The notes: generated by a model not told the origin, from the letters alone. A stretch of DNA of 64,000 nucleotides from Chrysomallon squamiferum (GCA_012295275.1 CM022670.1:26784001-26848000), one strand, 5' to 3'. Positions 40,210-53,663 are shown, numbered from the stretch's first letter. Numbers and translations are program-made.

Positions 40210-40359
40210 GGGTGAGCCGCGGCGCGGTGGAACATTCACGTTAGAAATACGTGTAATCCTCTGAGCCTGAAGCAGACTGGATCGCCTCTCGTCGGGGAGA
40301 CTTCGGTCAATCCGATGGGAGACCGCTGTGCTAATTCGACACTCACCTTTTTTTTTTTT
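40210..40359 (+). ncRNA. Putative Pol III (type 3 promoter) structured small RNA gene, copy A, Y-RNA-like fold, family unassigned
   Basis: 138-nt GC-rich body GGGTGAG...CTCACC followed by T12. TATATA at 40181 (-29) and TATTGCACCACA at 40156-40167. About 90% identical to the inverted copy at 42977-43118, with pairing-preserving changes. Confidence 0.7.
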
Positions 40360-40566
40360 GATAATTATAATAATGTATTTGTAATTTACAAATCATTAAA
40401 TGTATAAACAAAATATCTGCTTACTTTAATGTACTTTCTAGTTTGTTTTTTACAAGAAAAACATTAAATAAAAAGGGTGTACATTATGGAATTTAATATT
40501 TTCACCTTGTTTCGTATAACTCATGCATATTATATATCATAAACACAGCCACAAATCGAAACAATT

Positions 40567-40684
<118 letters not shown>

Positions 40685-41940
40685 GGATATATCAGTCATG
40701 TTTTCTACACAATTTAATCAGCTGTTTTCATTACTTTCACAAGATCATCATAATTATTATTTTTTATTTTTTTTTGTTATAGCCAAGTTACAATTTACAT
40801 GAATATATTATATCACTATATTATAATTATCCTTCTCTTTACTGTGTTATATGTTTCGTATTTTCTGTAGGTATAAAGCAGAAATAAAAATGAAATTGTG
40901 TTTAGGTTTATATAATTATTACACACATTTTAATCTAGGGGAGATAACCAACATTTTCAGGTTAAAACTGCTGAATCATTTCATCAATGCTTATTCCCTG
41001 TATTTTTATTTTGTAAGGCTATACGCTTCTTGTTTCTAACATAATTACGTAAATAACGAAAATGTAGTGTGTATTTAAACAATTTCATTTGTTTGGATGG
41101 CGATTTATTATATATCTGTAGGGGACTGTAATAATCTTTGGTAATCAGTTCTGAAATGGTCGTGCAAACATTAATATTAAATTGTATACAGAATTCATGG
41201 AGGTCACATGTCTGGATCTATTGTTTCCAACCGGACGAGTCTCTGAGAAATAATATCTAATGACTTCTTTACCTATTTAAAAATAAATATGACAAAAGTG
41301 AAAACTATTTAACATCTTTTTAATTTACTAACAAACATGACTCAATGAAATGGTGAATTTAGTTATCACTTAAGAATTAAGTGATCCTATTGTCACTAAA
41401 TAATCTACCTGAACAAAATCAGAGCTGTCCTCTTCTTCCTTTCTTTAAAACAATATTTTATATCAATCATACGATAGACTCTGTCTTGGAAAATAATTTA
41501 TGTGGTATGTATGTATGTATATATGTATGTTTGTGTATATACTAATTCTTGAAAATAAAATAAAATAAAAGTAGGAATGTGATGAGAAATGAAGCAGTTA
41601 TACTTACCAAATCATCATCCTCCTATATGAAATTATATAATGATCCAGAACAATGAATGAATAAGCAAGACATGTTTGTTTCTTAGGTCCGGAGATGCGT
41701 AAATAACCTCATTTTCATGTCGTCATATTTTCTGACCCGAACATGAAGATTTGCCGCACCGTTTGGCACTGGTTATTACTTAACAGGAAATCAGTCAGTA
41801 GTCATCACGGAAAGAGTATTTAAATTACAGTGAAAACAAAAACAGACAAAAGTACTTATAACTCACCGAGATATCAATATACAAACATCTGGCAACAGCT
41901 AGTAATATAAACATATCCATGTCTAATACGCTTAAAGCTG

Positions 41941-41984
<44 letters not shown>

Positions 41985-42133
41985 TAATAAAAATAATAAT
42001 AATAATAAAAATAATAATAATTAAACAAAAAAATGAAGAAAAAGAAGAAATTGAAACTATTTTAGTCGACAATTAGACAGGCGGTCAATGGTAATTTTAG
42101 ATTTGTTTTTGTTGATGATCCATTTGCATATAT

Positions 42134-42420
42134 TATGGCCGTAACTACACTGAGGCAAATGAGGTAAATGCCTCATACTGAAATTTTTATTTTTTAATTA
42201 TTATTATTATTTTTTTTTATATACAAAGATTAATTTTAAAAATATAAAATATATATTATTCCGATAGAAACGATATCCACTGAATAAATGTGTTTATGTC
42301 TACGGTTACCGTTTGAAGTCTACCGACATCGTTGCGATAAAAAAAAAAAAAATAAAACATCACTCACTTCAAAGACATCAGTTTTTGCCTCATTTCAAAA
42401 AGAGTTTAGTTACTTCCATG
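42134..42420. mobile_element. Degenerate non-autonomous DNA transposon (MITE-like)
   Basis: Imperfect terminal inverted repeats TATGGCCGTAACTA / reverse complement CATGGAAGTAACTA, with subterminal TGAGGCAAA / TTTGCCTCA. No clean TSD. Confidence 0.4.
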
Positions 42421-42582
42421 TATAGATAGATAGACATATATACATACATACACACATTACTGGTATCTCTCACTGTTGCTTTAGATAAGGTCATGGTGTA
42501 TGTTTGGCTGTCTATGGGAAGGTGCATTCACAAACAGATTCATACTAATCAATAAGATTAACTCCCGTATAACAGATCAGCC

Positions 42583-42584
<2 letters not shown>

Positions 42585-42637
<53 letters not shown>

Positions 42638-42671
42638 ACACACACACAGAGACACACACACACACACACAC
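42585..42671. repeat. (CT)n(CA)n compound microsatellite
   Basis: Visible directly. Confidence 0.95.
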
Positions 42672-42878
42672 GTTCATTACAATTACATAATATAGTTGTC
42701 ATTTTATGTATTGTATTGTACTGGCGTTTTTTGTTTTTGAAATTGAACACTCCAAATATAAACGTTAAATATTAAATATAACAAGAATAAAACGAGTTAT
42801 TATTAATTTAAAAAAAGAAGAAAAAAGTTAATGAATTAAAATTAAAATTAAAAAAAAAATTTAAAAGAGAAAGAAAGG

Positions 42879-42882
<4 letters not shown>

Positions 42883-42953
<71 letters not shown>
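42883..42953. repeat. (GA)n microsatellite
   Basis: Visible directly; lies just beyond the terminator of ncRNA copy B. Confidence 0.95.
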
Positions 42954-42956
<3 letters not shown>

Positions 42957-42966
42957 AAAAAAAAAG

Positions 42967-43118
42967 AAAAAAAAAAGGGTGAGTGTCGAATTAGCACAGC
43001 GGTCTCCCGACCGGATTGACCGAGGTCTCCCCGACGAGAGGCGATCCATCTGCTTCAGGCTCAGAGGATTACACGCTTTTAGCAAGCGTGAATGGTTCCA
43101 CTGCGCCGCGGCTCACCC
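42967..43118 (-). ncRNA. Putative Pol III (type 3 promoter) structured small RNA gene, copy B
   Basis: 142-nt body GGGTGAG...CTCACCC followed by T10. TATATA starts at 43147 (-29) and TATTGCACCACA is at 43171-43160. Distal block 43304-43282 matches 40044-40066 at 21/23 positions. Confidence 0.7.
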
Positions 43119-43304
43119 GGTATATAATACAAAAATAAATCTATATAAACAACTTACTGTGTGGTGCAATAGCTTTTTCCCGAAGCATTCTGAATTATCG
43201 ACAGTTTCCGCTGGAATACCACGTGACTTTTATTTATAAAACTAATTTTGTAATATTTTTATTATTATATATAATTATTATGTCAGCAAACTGATGTTCG
43301 TATC
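43119..43304 (-). promoter_or_regulatory. Upstream promoter of ncRNA copy B
   Basis: Same blocks in the same order as copy A. TATA spacing to the body is identical and PSE-like spacing differs by 1 nt. Confidence 0.55.
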
Positions 43305-44098
43305 GCAAAACATGAATAAAAGTGAAAAAAAAAAAAAAACGTGTTTATATATATACGTTTGTTATTGTTGTTTTTTAATTTGCATTTTGAATATATTTAA
43401 TTCTGTATTCGATCTCGAACCTGCTAAAGGTGCAGCGTGAAGATCAGTTTATTTCCGTATTCTCTGGCCCGGGGCGTTGACAAATTAATAATGTCACATA
43501 CAGATCTACACTGAAAATAAATTACTTTCGTAAATGTTCGGATTGTGTTGGATTTTGTCGGATATTACTTATGGTTAGCGATTGGCTAGAATTATTTATA
43601 TGCGGAACAGTAATCTTACGCCACTGAAAAACGTCTGCCTACCTAGAACCATTGAACATTAAATATAAACAGAAAATTGACAAATAAAAATAAATAAATA
43701 AAATAAATTATTATAAATTCCATCAAAAAGAGATATTCGGCCAAGAGATTGTAAAGAGTCCTTTGTAATCGTAACTATTTTTCTCTTATTTTTTAACTAC
43801 TTAATTAATAACCAGGTAGCACATGATAAAATTTATGTTGGTTTTTATAATTATATTTATACACGTACACTTCTGGATACTCGTACACATTCTAGGGTAT
43901 ATGCACGCACGTGCGCACACATACACATGCACGCACGTGCGCGCACACACACATACAAAAACACACACACGGACACATACACAGATACATAGAAACCAGA
44001 TAATAAAAAAAAAAACATGATATATTTATGCAGTGTTATCTAATATGATAAAATTCATGATATGATTGGACAAAACAAGACAGGTCAGGATAGGAAAT

Positions 44099-44153
44099 AA
44101 TATAATATAATATAATATAATATAATATAATATAATATAATATAATATAATAA
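44099..44153. repeat. (ATATA)n pentanucleotide repeat
   Basis: Visible directly. Confidence 0.93.
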
Positions 44154-44672
44154 CGTATTTTGGGTTCTTAATAATACTACTGTATAGAGGCCGGTTTTGT
44201 TAATATTCAGATAAAGCGGACTGAATTGTTAACAAACAGCTGTTTCCAGCCTGTGTTTACATTCATTTTATACTCGTGCGCTTTCTTTGGTTTTTCAGTG
44301 AACAGAATCAGAAACAAAACGACAACGATACGTGACATGCTGCTGTTTGTATTACAGCTTATCGATACACTAATCCTGAGTAGAGAATAACCCTATTTCA
44401 TCATTTTTACCAGTTCTGCACAAATCAGAAAACATGAAATCCATTAAAAATAATAATCGCTTCTTACGTCCCTGCTTAGGCACCTGTATTTTAAGTCCAC
44501 ATGAAGGAAGAGGGAGATATCGTCCTCGGTGGTCAAATGCAGGTAAATAATATTAGTTATAAGGTTTTATTAGAACAGGTTGTTTGTTAATAAGCAAAGA
44601 AAATAGTTCGATGATTACAAAATGTGTTTAAGTAGAATAATTATGATTTGAAACTTTATAAAAGAAACCTTT

Positions 44673-44675
<3 letters not shown>

Positions 44676-44750
<75 letters not shown>
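44676..44750. repeat. (GA)n microsatellite
   Basis: Visible directly. Confidence 0.95.
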
Positions 44751-44754
<4 letters not shown>

Positions 44755-45274
44755 CAACACCGAAATGTTTCTACGTGCGTTAGACATTTTTTATCTCTTT
44801 TTAATAACCAGGAAAATCAATGCATACTTTCTGACATCAAACTCCGCTTCAACAGGTCACCCGCCTATCACATTTCACTGGCCAGCTTCGCTATTACACC
44901 TGAGCCAGGAACCAAAGATTCAGGTGTGCGCATATGACCAGATTTCATATATAAATACGTATACGTAACAACAGTCCACGTAACGTGGTAGTTCACGATG
45001 TACGGCTCCAACGACTGTCCCAGTACGTTTCGCTACAGCGCTGTTTCTCATACTGCACTGGGGTCGCAGATGTCGTCGTTTCTAAGAGAAAATTTTGATT
45101 ATAAAGGAAAGACTTTCTCAACGTGGCAGTGCGCGTCGGTATGTAAATATGATTATCTACCATATGGTTAGTTAATGAGAAGTTTTGTAAACAAAGTGAT
45201 GCGATGGTTTTAGTCTTGTAGTAGTTACGACCCGTTAGAACTTTGCAAAATAAGGGTGTTATTAATTTCTTCTT

Positions 45275-45319
<45 letters not shown>

Positions 45320-45428
45320 TTTTTTTTTTATTTTTTATTTTTTATTATTAATTGATTATTCAGTTAAATTTTTATGTCATCTATTATGAAAATAGGGGTA
45401 TATTTGTTCATGTACATTTGTATGTTTG

Positions 45429-45481
<53 letters not shown>

Positions 45482-46004
45482 TTTAATTTATTGTTCGATA
45501 TTTATTATTTTTCTTTTTATTATTATTGTTGTTGTTGTTGTGTTTATTGTTGTTGAGGTTAGGGCTGCGCGGTGGTGAAGATGCTGTTGTTGTTGATATG
45601 CGTCATTTATGGTATATTTCTCACACTAGTCAATTTTTCCATAGATTTAAAGTTCTAAGTATATGTAATAAAAAACGAACCAAAAGACGCAGGCACGATT
45701 TGTCCGTACATCTGTCGGTGATGTGTGTCACAGAATCAAATCTGTCATGCCATATGTTACAGTCAGCATAACAACCAGCCAGACATGAAATGTACTTTCT
45801 GATTAGTTAACACATGTTATTTTTAATATTAAGTTAAGGATTAAATGGCGAATGATAATAAACCAAAAGTATTTTTCATTTTCGTTACAATGAATTATGC
45901 AGACAGAAATGATTCTTGTACTTTCATAACTCTTGTTTTTATTGAAATTTATCAGTCATCTTCGTACACAGACACCACCATTTTTCAACTACATCTACTC
46001 CATT

Positions 46005-46083
46005 AACAGCTGCTACCGTCACCACCATCACCCTTACCACCACTGATATTATTTATTATTACTACCATCAACATAACCGTCAA

Positions 46084-46114
<31 letters not shown>

Positions 46115-46270
46115 GCTGATGCTTCTGCTGAGTCTGCTACTACTTCTACTACTATTACCAATAATAAAATAATAATAATAATAACAACAGCAACAACAAC
46201 AACAACAGCAGCAGCAACAACATCAATAACAAAAACAAACAAAAATAATGAAGATAATTATGATAATGCT
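46005..46270. repeat. Compound trinucleotide tract (CAC/TAC/AAT/CAA/CAG)
   Basis: Visible directly; source of the spurious poly-Val ORF. Confidence 0.85.
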
Positions 46271-47312
46271 AAGAATAAACTTTTTTATTTTTCATTGATT
46301 TTTTCTTCTCTACCGGTGGCGCGTTATGAAAATTATTAAGATACCTGTAACCTGAACTGTACTTTATTTACATACGATTAGAAGACTACGACATCTGAGT
46401 ATTTGACATATATATTTACAGATATTTGATATACAGTTATTCGTTTGCATGCTAAAAGACATGGAATATCAGCAAAAATGTTTTAAAATGTAATAGTTAA
46501 AACAACCAAATAGAGAAAGTTTTCCTAAGATACTAGTTTTATTTTGAAAGTTAAACAGCTTGTAATCTATGTTATAACAAAGTGATAATAAAAAATAGTT
46601 GCTTTTTCATTAAAATATATAACTAAATATAGAAATATGGAAAAAAAATACACTAACATATAGGTACTTAAATAGATACAACTCTGATGTAATGCAAACT
46701 TTCTGTTTTGAACTTATGCATTTTTCCCTATGAAACTGGTATTTTTCTCTCAAAAATGGTGTCATTCAAACATATTTCTGAGTAGGTTACAGTTTGTGCA
46801 GTTTAAAATGTCATCTTGCAAATATCGCAGAATACATCATTTTTTAAAAATATTTTTGATATTTTTTGTTTGATATTAAACGAAGATGTTACATTTTCGA
46901 TTTGCATACGGTTTTTTTTCGAAACTAGAGTATATGAGTCTAGACCAGGTCATAGTTTGAGTTTTTCTATTTTACTTTGAGACTTTATTTAACTGTTAAA
47001 ACAAAGATTTAAATAATTGGTTTGGTCGGTGAAGTAAACATTATTTAGGCTGGAATATCTACAGACACAGTGTTGATGCCAACATTTTCACAAAGTATGC
47101 GTACACGTAGCCTTTTTGAACAACGACTATTCTTTGATATCATGTTAACAGTAACCATCTGCAAGCTGATCGATACTGCAGTAACAAAGGTAGTTATGCG
47201 AGTTATTCAAATGACCATTTACCATGTATTATATGGGAAGAAACAATAAAATCATTGACATCTTGATAAACTCTCTGGGTACTTTGAACCTTATTACTGT
47301 ACTTTATTTATT

Positions 47313-47347
<35 letters not shown>

Positions 47348-47695
47348 TTATTATTGTTGTTGTTGTTATTTTCTTTCTCTTATTTATCTATTTTTAAAAA
47401 AAAAATTCTGTCAAACATAATTATTTTCCCCCAAGATCACAATCTTACGGGTCTGGCCGGCGTTTGCATGTTTTTTCAGATTAACTGAGTAGTCGTAGGT
47501 TTAGTGTTTCAAATAAAAGTAACACTACAGCTGGTTTTGTTTCTTCGGTGTTTTTTGCGTTCGTTGCAATATAAAGGTTATTAGTAAATTTTTAATTGAG
47601 GTTCTAGTTTGACCTGAACATTATGGAATGGACTGATATGTTTTCATTTCAGTTATGTAACATACATTATAGGCATACAGTTGGAATAAGACATT

Positions 47696-47728
<33 letters not shown>

Positions 47729-47838
47729 AATAATACTAATAACAATTATTATTATTATTTATTTATTTATTTATTTATTTTAATATTTTAACTAAAGGGC
47801 ATTATGTATTTATGTATGTGAGATGGTATGTCTGTGTG

Positions 47839-47840
<2 letters not shown>

Positions 47841-47877
<37 letters not shown>
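47841..47877. repeat. (GT)n microsatellite
   Basis: Visible directly. Confidence 0.95.
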
Positions 47878-47878
<1 letters not shown>

Positions 47879-48293
47879 ATAATGTATTTATAATCAGTGA
47901 AATATATTAGTTTTTAAACTATATCAATGTTTACATTTCTTTCCCGAATCGTAGATATTATCTCCACTGCACTTTTTCATACAACTTATTTGCACGCTAT
48001 GAACTCGGTAATCAGTTCATGATCAATAAACTGTAAAACTTAAGATAAAACATTCATCGGAAACACCTCTGTATCACACTATCAAATTCATTCGAGAGTG
48101 ATTGAAATTATTATTATCCTACTATGAAAACGTACTTCATCGAGAAACAATTCCAGGTTTAGGACAATATAGCCTAAGAACAAAACCATCTTAAGAGTTA
48201 ACTGGAATTCACCTGTCAGGGGTTGGGGAGAGAAATGCATCAAGGTGCAGAGTTTCAGAATGGGGAACATGATCATTTTGATGAACATGGACC

Positions 48294-48541
48294 CAGTGCC
48301 GTGCAGAGGTCTGGAGATTCCCGGGGCCAACTCCATTGTATGCCACAAAAGACTCAAATATTAGGCCTAGTACCGCGAAATATTATGAGAAAGGAAGATA
48401 TTTTGAATATGTAAACAAAAATGAATCATAAAATTATTGGATATAAATATAAATCAACTAAATTTATAAAGGTTTTTTTTTCTCTGATTGGATGCCCGGG
48501 TTCGCCGCCCATTCGCCCCCCTCCCCTTCAGCACGCCACTG
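48294..48541. mobile_element. hAT-superfamily MITE, 248 bp
   Basis: TIRs CAGTGCCGTGCAGA / reverse complement CAGTGGCGTGCTGA. Perfect 8-bp target-site duplication CATGGACC at 48286-48293 and 48542-48549. No coding capacity. Confidence 0.85.
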
Positions 48542-50596
48542 CATGGACCTGTTACTTACAAAATGAAATGAATTCCATTAGTAAGAAAACATCATACCAG
48601 CAGAGGCAGCTTTGTCCCTTCATTTTCACAAGTCACACATATAATATCATAACCTACATAACAAGTAACTTATCATGTAAGGTCAATTAATCAGCATGCG
48701 ATCTGATGTTAACTAACTTTGAGATGACAGAATTAGAATTCGGAGATAACAGTAATGCACGAAAATAGGGTCAGCCCGATTACAAAAGTCGTTCCGGTTT
48801 TCCACTTTCGTATTTCTGCACGGTTGAACTGTTTTCAAGAAACTTACGAACACATTATTTCCGTATGTGTGTTAAACTTGTCTTACAACACCGACTATTT
48901 TAAGTGGCAGGCGGTACGCATGTGTTACAAAATGCATTCGGCATAAGACAGTGACACCAAGGACATCAGGTTAGTAGTGTTGGATAATGGCTACTCACAC
49001 CGTTTATTACTTTCCCGAGTGTTGTAATGTGTCAGCCAAATAGAGCATATTAAGGGTTATGAGATCTGCCACGGTTTGCTGTCAGTGGTATTTCTCGTTT
49101 GTATTTTGAATAACATTATTTATGTTAAACAGAAAAATCAGCATAATTATAAGAGAAACAGAGAGGCTCCGTAATGCGATCGTGGTGACGTTTAGTTATC
49201 TCTAGATACACCAGCCGACCAGATGTATAAATATTTGAAGGGGAGGATGCAGTCAACAGCAAAATATTTACAATTTTTTTTTTTTTTTTTTTTTTTTTCA
49301 GTCTTACGGTTTTAATAATTTGTATAAATATTTAATGCAGGACAACTCATGCACATAAAAAAAGAAGAAAAACAAAGCAATAAATACCCCCCCACAACAA
49401 AAAGACAGCAACAACAAACATAAATCACACACATACACATACTCATAAAACACGCACACAAACTGATAAAGTTATCCTTCTACTTTACCAAGCCGATAAA
49501 ATATTTTACACGTGTTCCTATAGATTACATTATATATATTGAAATTTATATTTTTATCATATATTCTAGATAATATTTATTTATTTATTTGAAAGTCTTT
49601 TTTCTTCTTCTTCTTCTTTTTAAAAAAAAAAAAAATATTACTCACGGGTATTTTTCGGGTTTACATCTATTCTACTTCTGTTCCTGTAGATTACATTAAG
49701 TTGGGGCTGGAATAAGATTTACAGTGTAATAACAATAAAGAAAACAAACTCTTATATATTAAATGTAATTAGAAATAACTGTTTGGCACAGATTTCTCGT
49801 TTGTTAAAGATAAATTTTGATAGAAATCTTTATTCTATTCGACAGAATTATGTCGGTGAAATACATTGTTTTTGCATTGAAATAATTCGATACTGTATGA
49901 ATAATAATAATAAAAAATATATATCACGAATACACAATAATAAGAAGAAGAAGAAAAGGAAGAATAGAAAAGAAAAAACATAAAAAGCGTCCCTTTATAT
50001 ATTGTATAGCTAAAAGATAGAATTTTCATAACCATTATCATGGAGTCTGCCAAACATATAATCGAGTATTTATAAAATGGTAAGTGGAAACGTTCAACCG
50101 TTCCTGTTGAAAGTAACGGTAAAAACAACATTCAGAATCGCGAAATTCATATTTTTTCCATATTTTATAGGATGGTTTTTTAAAATATTTGTTTATTTAT
50201 TTTAAAGTCTTTTTTTAATATTTCTCGCCGATATTTTTAGGGTTTTAAGGAAAAATTCTTGGTCTGCTTAAACCAATAGCGCGAATATTTCTTTTTGTTT
50301 ACATCATCTTCTGCATGTTATCTTTATCTATTTTTTTTTTTTTTTTCTTTTTCTTTTAGTTATTTAAAAATCAATATTTATATCGTTTGCACAGCTTCAA
50401 AAACTACACTCCACTTTTTCAGTTCATTTTTAATTTAAGAAAAGTTTAAAGAAAATAAACTTCCAAATACAGCAAATGAGCTAGCACCAAGCGATCATCA
50501 GTTGATTAACCTGTAAAGGTATCTGATTATTTACTGAATGTAATATTTGTGACATTATGCTGGAATGTTGTTATATTTCAGAGAAAATTACTTTTA

Positions 50597-50784
50597 ATGG
50601 AAAAGAAGAAAATTGCAAGTTTGGCGACGCTGGTCATTCAGACAACATGCTTGGTGATTACAATGAGGTATTCGAGGACAGCCAATATCGGCAATCCTCG
50701 TTACATATCGTCTACAGCTGTCGTCATATCGGAGATCTTGAAGCTAATCGCCTGCTTCGTGATAATGTATTTCACCAGCGACAA
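50597..50784 (+). CDS. SLC35A3: SLC35A3-like coding exon 1
   Basis: [17 protein letters not shown]...SEILKL...FTSD; acceptor tttcag ends at 50581; donor AA|GTGAGA. Confidence 0.9.
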
Positions 50785-53624
50785 GTGAGAGCATTGCTTT
50801 ATTATAATTTAATAAAACTTTTATTTTACTACATTTCAAATGATTATTATCTAATTAAAAACATTATTTACAAAATGGAATAAGAATATGGTTATTAATT
50901 TTAAGTGTGGTAAAAAAACATCCGATAAGCATCTTAAGAGGTTTCTTATAGTGTAGTCCTACTTAATTATTAACAAAGATTGGTGACGGCTATGAATGAA
51001 AATGAACACAGGATGTATGCAAAATTGAATTAAGGCTATTTTTTTACTTCTTAAAAAAGAAAATATTGCATATATAAATCGAGGATACTTATGACTACAA
51101 GCTGGTTTCAAATGTAGAAAAATAGAAAACAAGAATGCTTTTGACACGGTGGTACCAGCTTTTTCTTCTTAAGATTATACTAATAATTTATTTTCATTTT
51201 TTATTTTTTATTGTGTGTGTGTATGTGTGTGTGTTTAATAGAAAAGTGTGTATAGTTTTATCGTTATTATCAAATATATTTAAAAGATATAGAAGTAGGA
51301 ACTAGGATTATAAAAAATGTATACTAACTGATATTTAATTTAATATAAAATTAATTCGTCTTCTTTTAGGTCGCTGCGAATAGCCAGGGCAAATTTACAC
51401 CAACAGTTTAAAGAAACGTTACGTCTTGCCATTCCATCTGGTCTTTACTCTCTTCAGAACAACCTTCAGTTCATTGCTGTTTCCAATCTGGATGCTGCTA
51501 CATTTCAGGTTGGTTTAGAGCGATATCTCTTTTAAACTTAAAATATAAAATCATTTCATATGCTGATGTCTACCATCTTTCTTTCCTTTGTAATAAAACC
51601 GATTTCATACTCAAAGTTAGATTCACCAAAATAATGGTGACCATTTTTTGTTTGAGGTTTTTTTCCTTTAAATTCCGGAGTCTTCTTTATATATTGGCAA
51701 TTCATTATCGTTCTAGAAATACAGCATTATCTGGTTTATGTGACAAATATAATAGTTTTTAGGGTGGATGAAGGATTTTAAACAAAGATGTAAACGTTTT
51801 CATAGAGATGGTTCGGATGAATAAAAGAATAATAAAAATAATAAAAAGCATATTGGTCGCATCTATGCATGATTTCAATAAAAAGTATTTTCAATTTATT
51901 CAGCATTTTCCGGTATGTTCATTTTAATAGCCCAGTGTCCGAGGTTAAATTTTGTTTATAGCTTTGACATCAGGTCAGCTATTTAGAACCGTAGCAAGTA
52001 CGATGCGCGTCATATTTCACATATTTATTTTGGATGCTATCACGATCAAACCCACTGCACGGTAACTGATGTATGGTATTTGTTTTTGTTTTTAAGATTT
52101 GTATTTTTATTTTAATTGCGTGTTGTTGTTTTTTTGTGTTTTTGGGGGTGTTTTTTAAATAATACGCGGGAAAAAAATAAAATAAAAATAAAATTAATAA
52201 AACATGAGAATTCTTTCAGAGTAATCGGCCTAATAAAACTCATTTTTATTAAAAAGTGATCTTTTTCTTTTTCTTCTTCTTTTTTTTTTTTTTTTTTTAA
52301 TCGTCTAACCTGATTTATTTTTTGTGAAATCAACATTTAATAAGATGAAATGAAATATTTTTATAATTTATAGATTTCCTTAAATCGTTGTCTCATTCAG
52401 CTATGATCGTTTAAAATAATAAATTTAAATAAAAACTATAAGTGCTAACTCCCATTTTATTGAACACGAATACGTGCAACACATTGTGCCTTATAAATTC
52501 ATTACTGATAAAAACTGTTATATACAGTATATTGTGTTTCCTTCTATACAATGATATCTACAGTTATCGTCAAAATTCAAGAACCTGTTCATAATACATG
52601 ACCTTTTTATTAAGTAACGAATTAATATATTATGACAGGCCTACAGATGCTTACTGGCATTAAATAATACTTAACAAGTTTTCATAAAATCCTGTAACGA
52701 GAGTATTAATTATTATGATTATAAGTTCATTAATTGATATTTTTCAGTTTTCAGTAATAAATATCTTTATAAATATATTACATAATGTTGTAAGTTACTA
52801 TATATTTTGATACTGTATCGTTACAGGTAACATACCAATTAAAGATATTGACAACAGCGCTGTTTTCTGTCATATTTCTTGGAAGACGACTGTCAGGTTT
52901 AAAATGGTTTTCTTTAATCTTGCTCACCGTTGGAGTTGGGCTGGTCCAGGTAAGAGCTTGTATAGGGGTTATATTAAAATTATAGTGTCAAGTCGTATGC
53001 GCAAATGTCTGTTTATTGTGTTTGAGTATGAATGTTTTATATGTCTGCGAGTGCGCGTGTGTGTGAACATGAGAAAGCGTGAATAGGGATAGATATCTGT
53101 ACTGTTTAAATTAAATTTGAGAAATAACATTTTCGTATTCATTTTTATTATTATATCATCATGGTTATAATTATTATTATTATTATTCAGATACCAAAGT
53201 CGAAAGAAGAGTGTCATTTGGACAATAATGGTGAAATCGTGTGTAACTCAGTCACTGTTAGTGATAATATGAAGCCATTGATAGGTCTTCTTGCTGTATC
53301 TGTGATGTGTGTCAGCAGTGGATTTGCTGGAGTTTACTTTGAAAAGATTTTAAAATCCTCCAGTCAGTCTCTGTGGGCCAGAAATATTCAGTTAGGTATA
53401 AACTAGCAAATAAAAATGAATTAAAAAAAAAAAATTATAAAATAAATAAATATATAAATATATATATATATATTTTTTCCTGTTTGAACAAGTTCTTATG
53501 AAATCTTTATCAAAGACTGCCATTCATACATTCTTTATATGGCATGATGGGCATATAAGACATTGTATTATTTATATCATTAGGAAATGTATTAATATGC
53601 TGTAGTAGTGCCATATAGACACAT

Positions 53625-53663
<39 letters not shown>

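Noticed and set aside
40216-40290. Resemblance of the ncRNA 5' part to Alu/7SL (GCCGCGGCGCGGTGG, TGTAATCC, GGATCGC)
   Set aside because: The matches are short and gapped, there is no SRP S-domain or A-tail, and the bases involved pair with the 3' end in both copies. Not called SRP-derived without a covariance-model hit.
45059-45076. CGACATCTGCGACCCCA resembles a segment of vertebrate 7SK
   Set aside because: There is no GAUC pair and no 3' LARP7 hairpin, so it is not 7SK on present evidence.
49500-50250. Scattered short direct repeats (for example TGTTCCTRTAGATTACATTA) upstream of SLC35A3
   Set aside because: They look like decayed local duplication in very AT-rich DNA, with no regular spacing or functional signature.
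50400-50518. Possible upstream SLC35A3 exon ending AAG|GTATCT with a 63-nt intron
   Set aside because: It has an in-frame stop, so it is at most 5' UTR. Its start cannot be placed from sequence.
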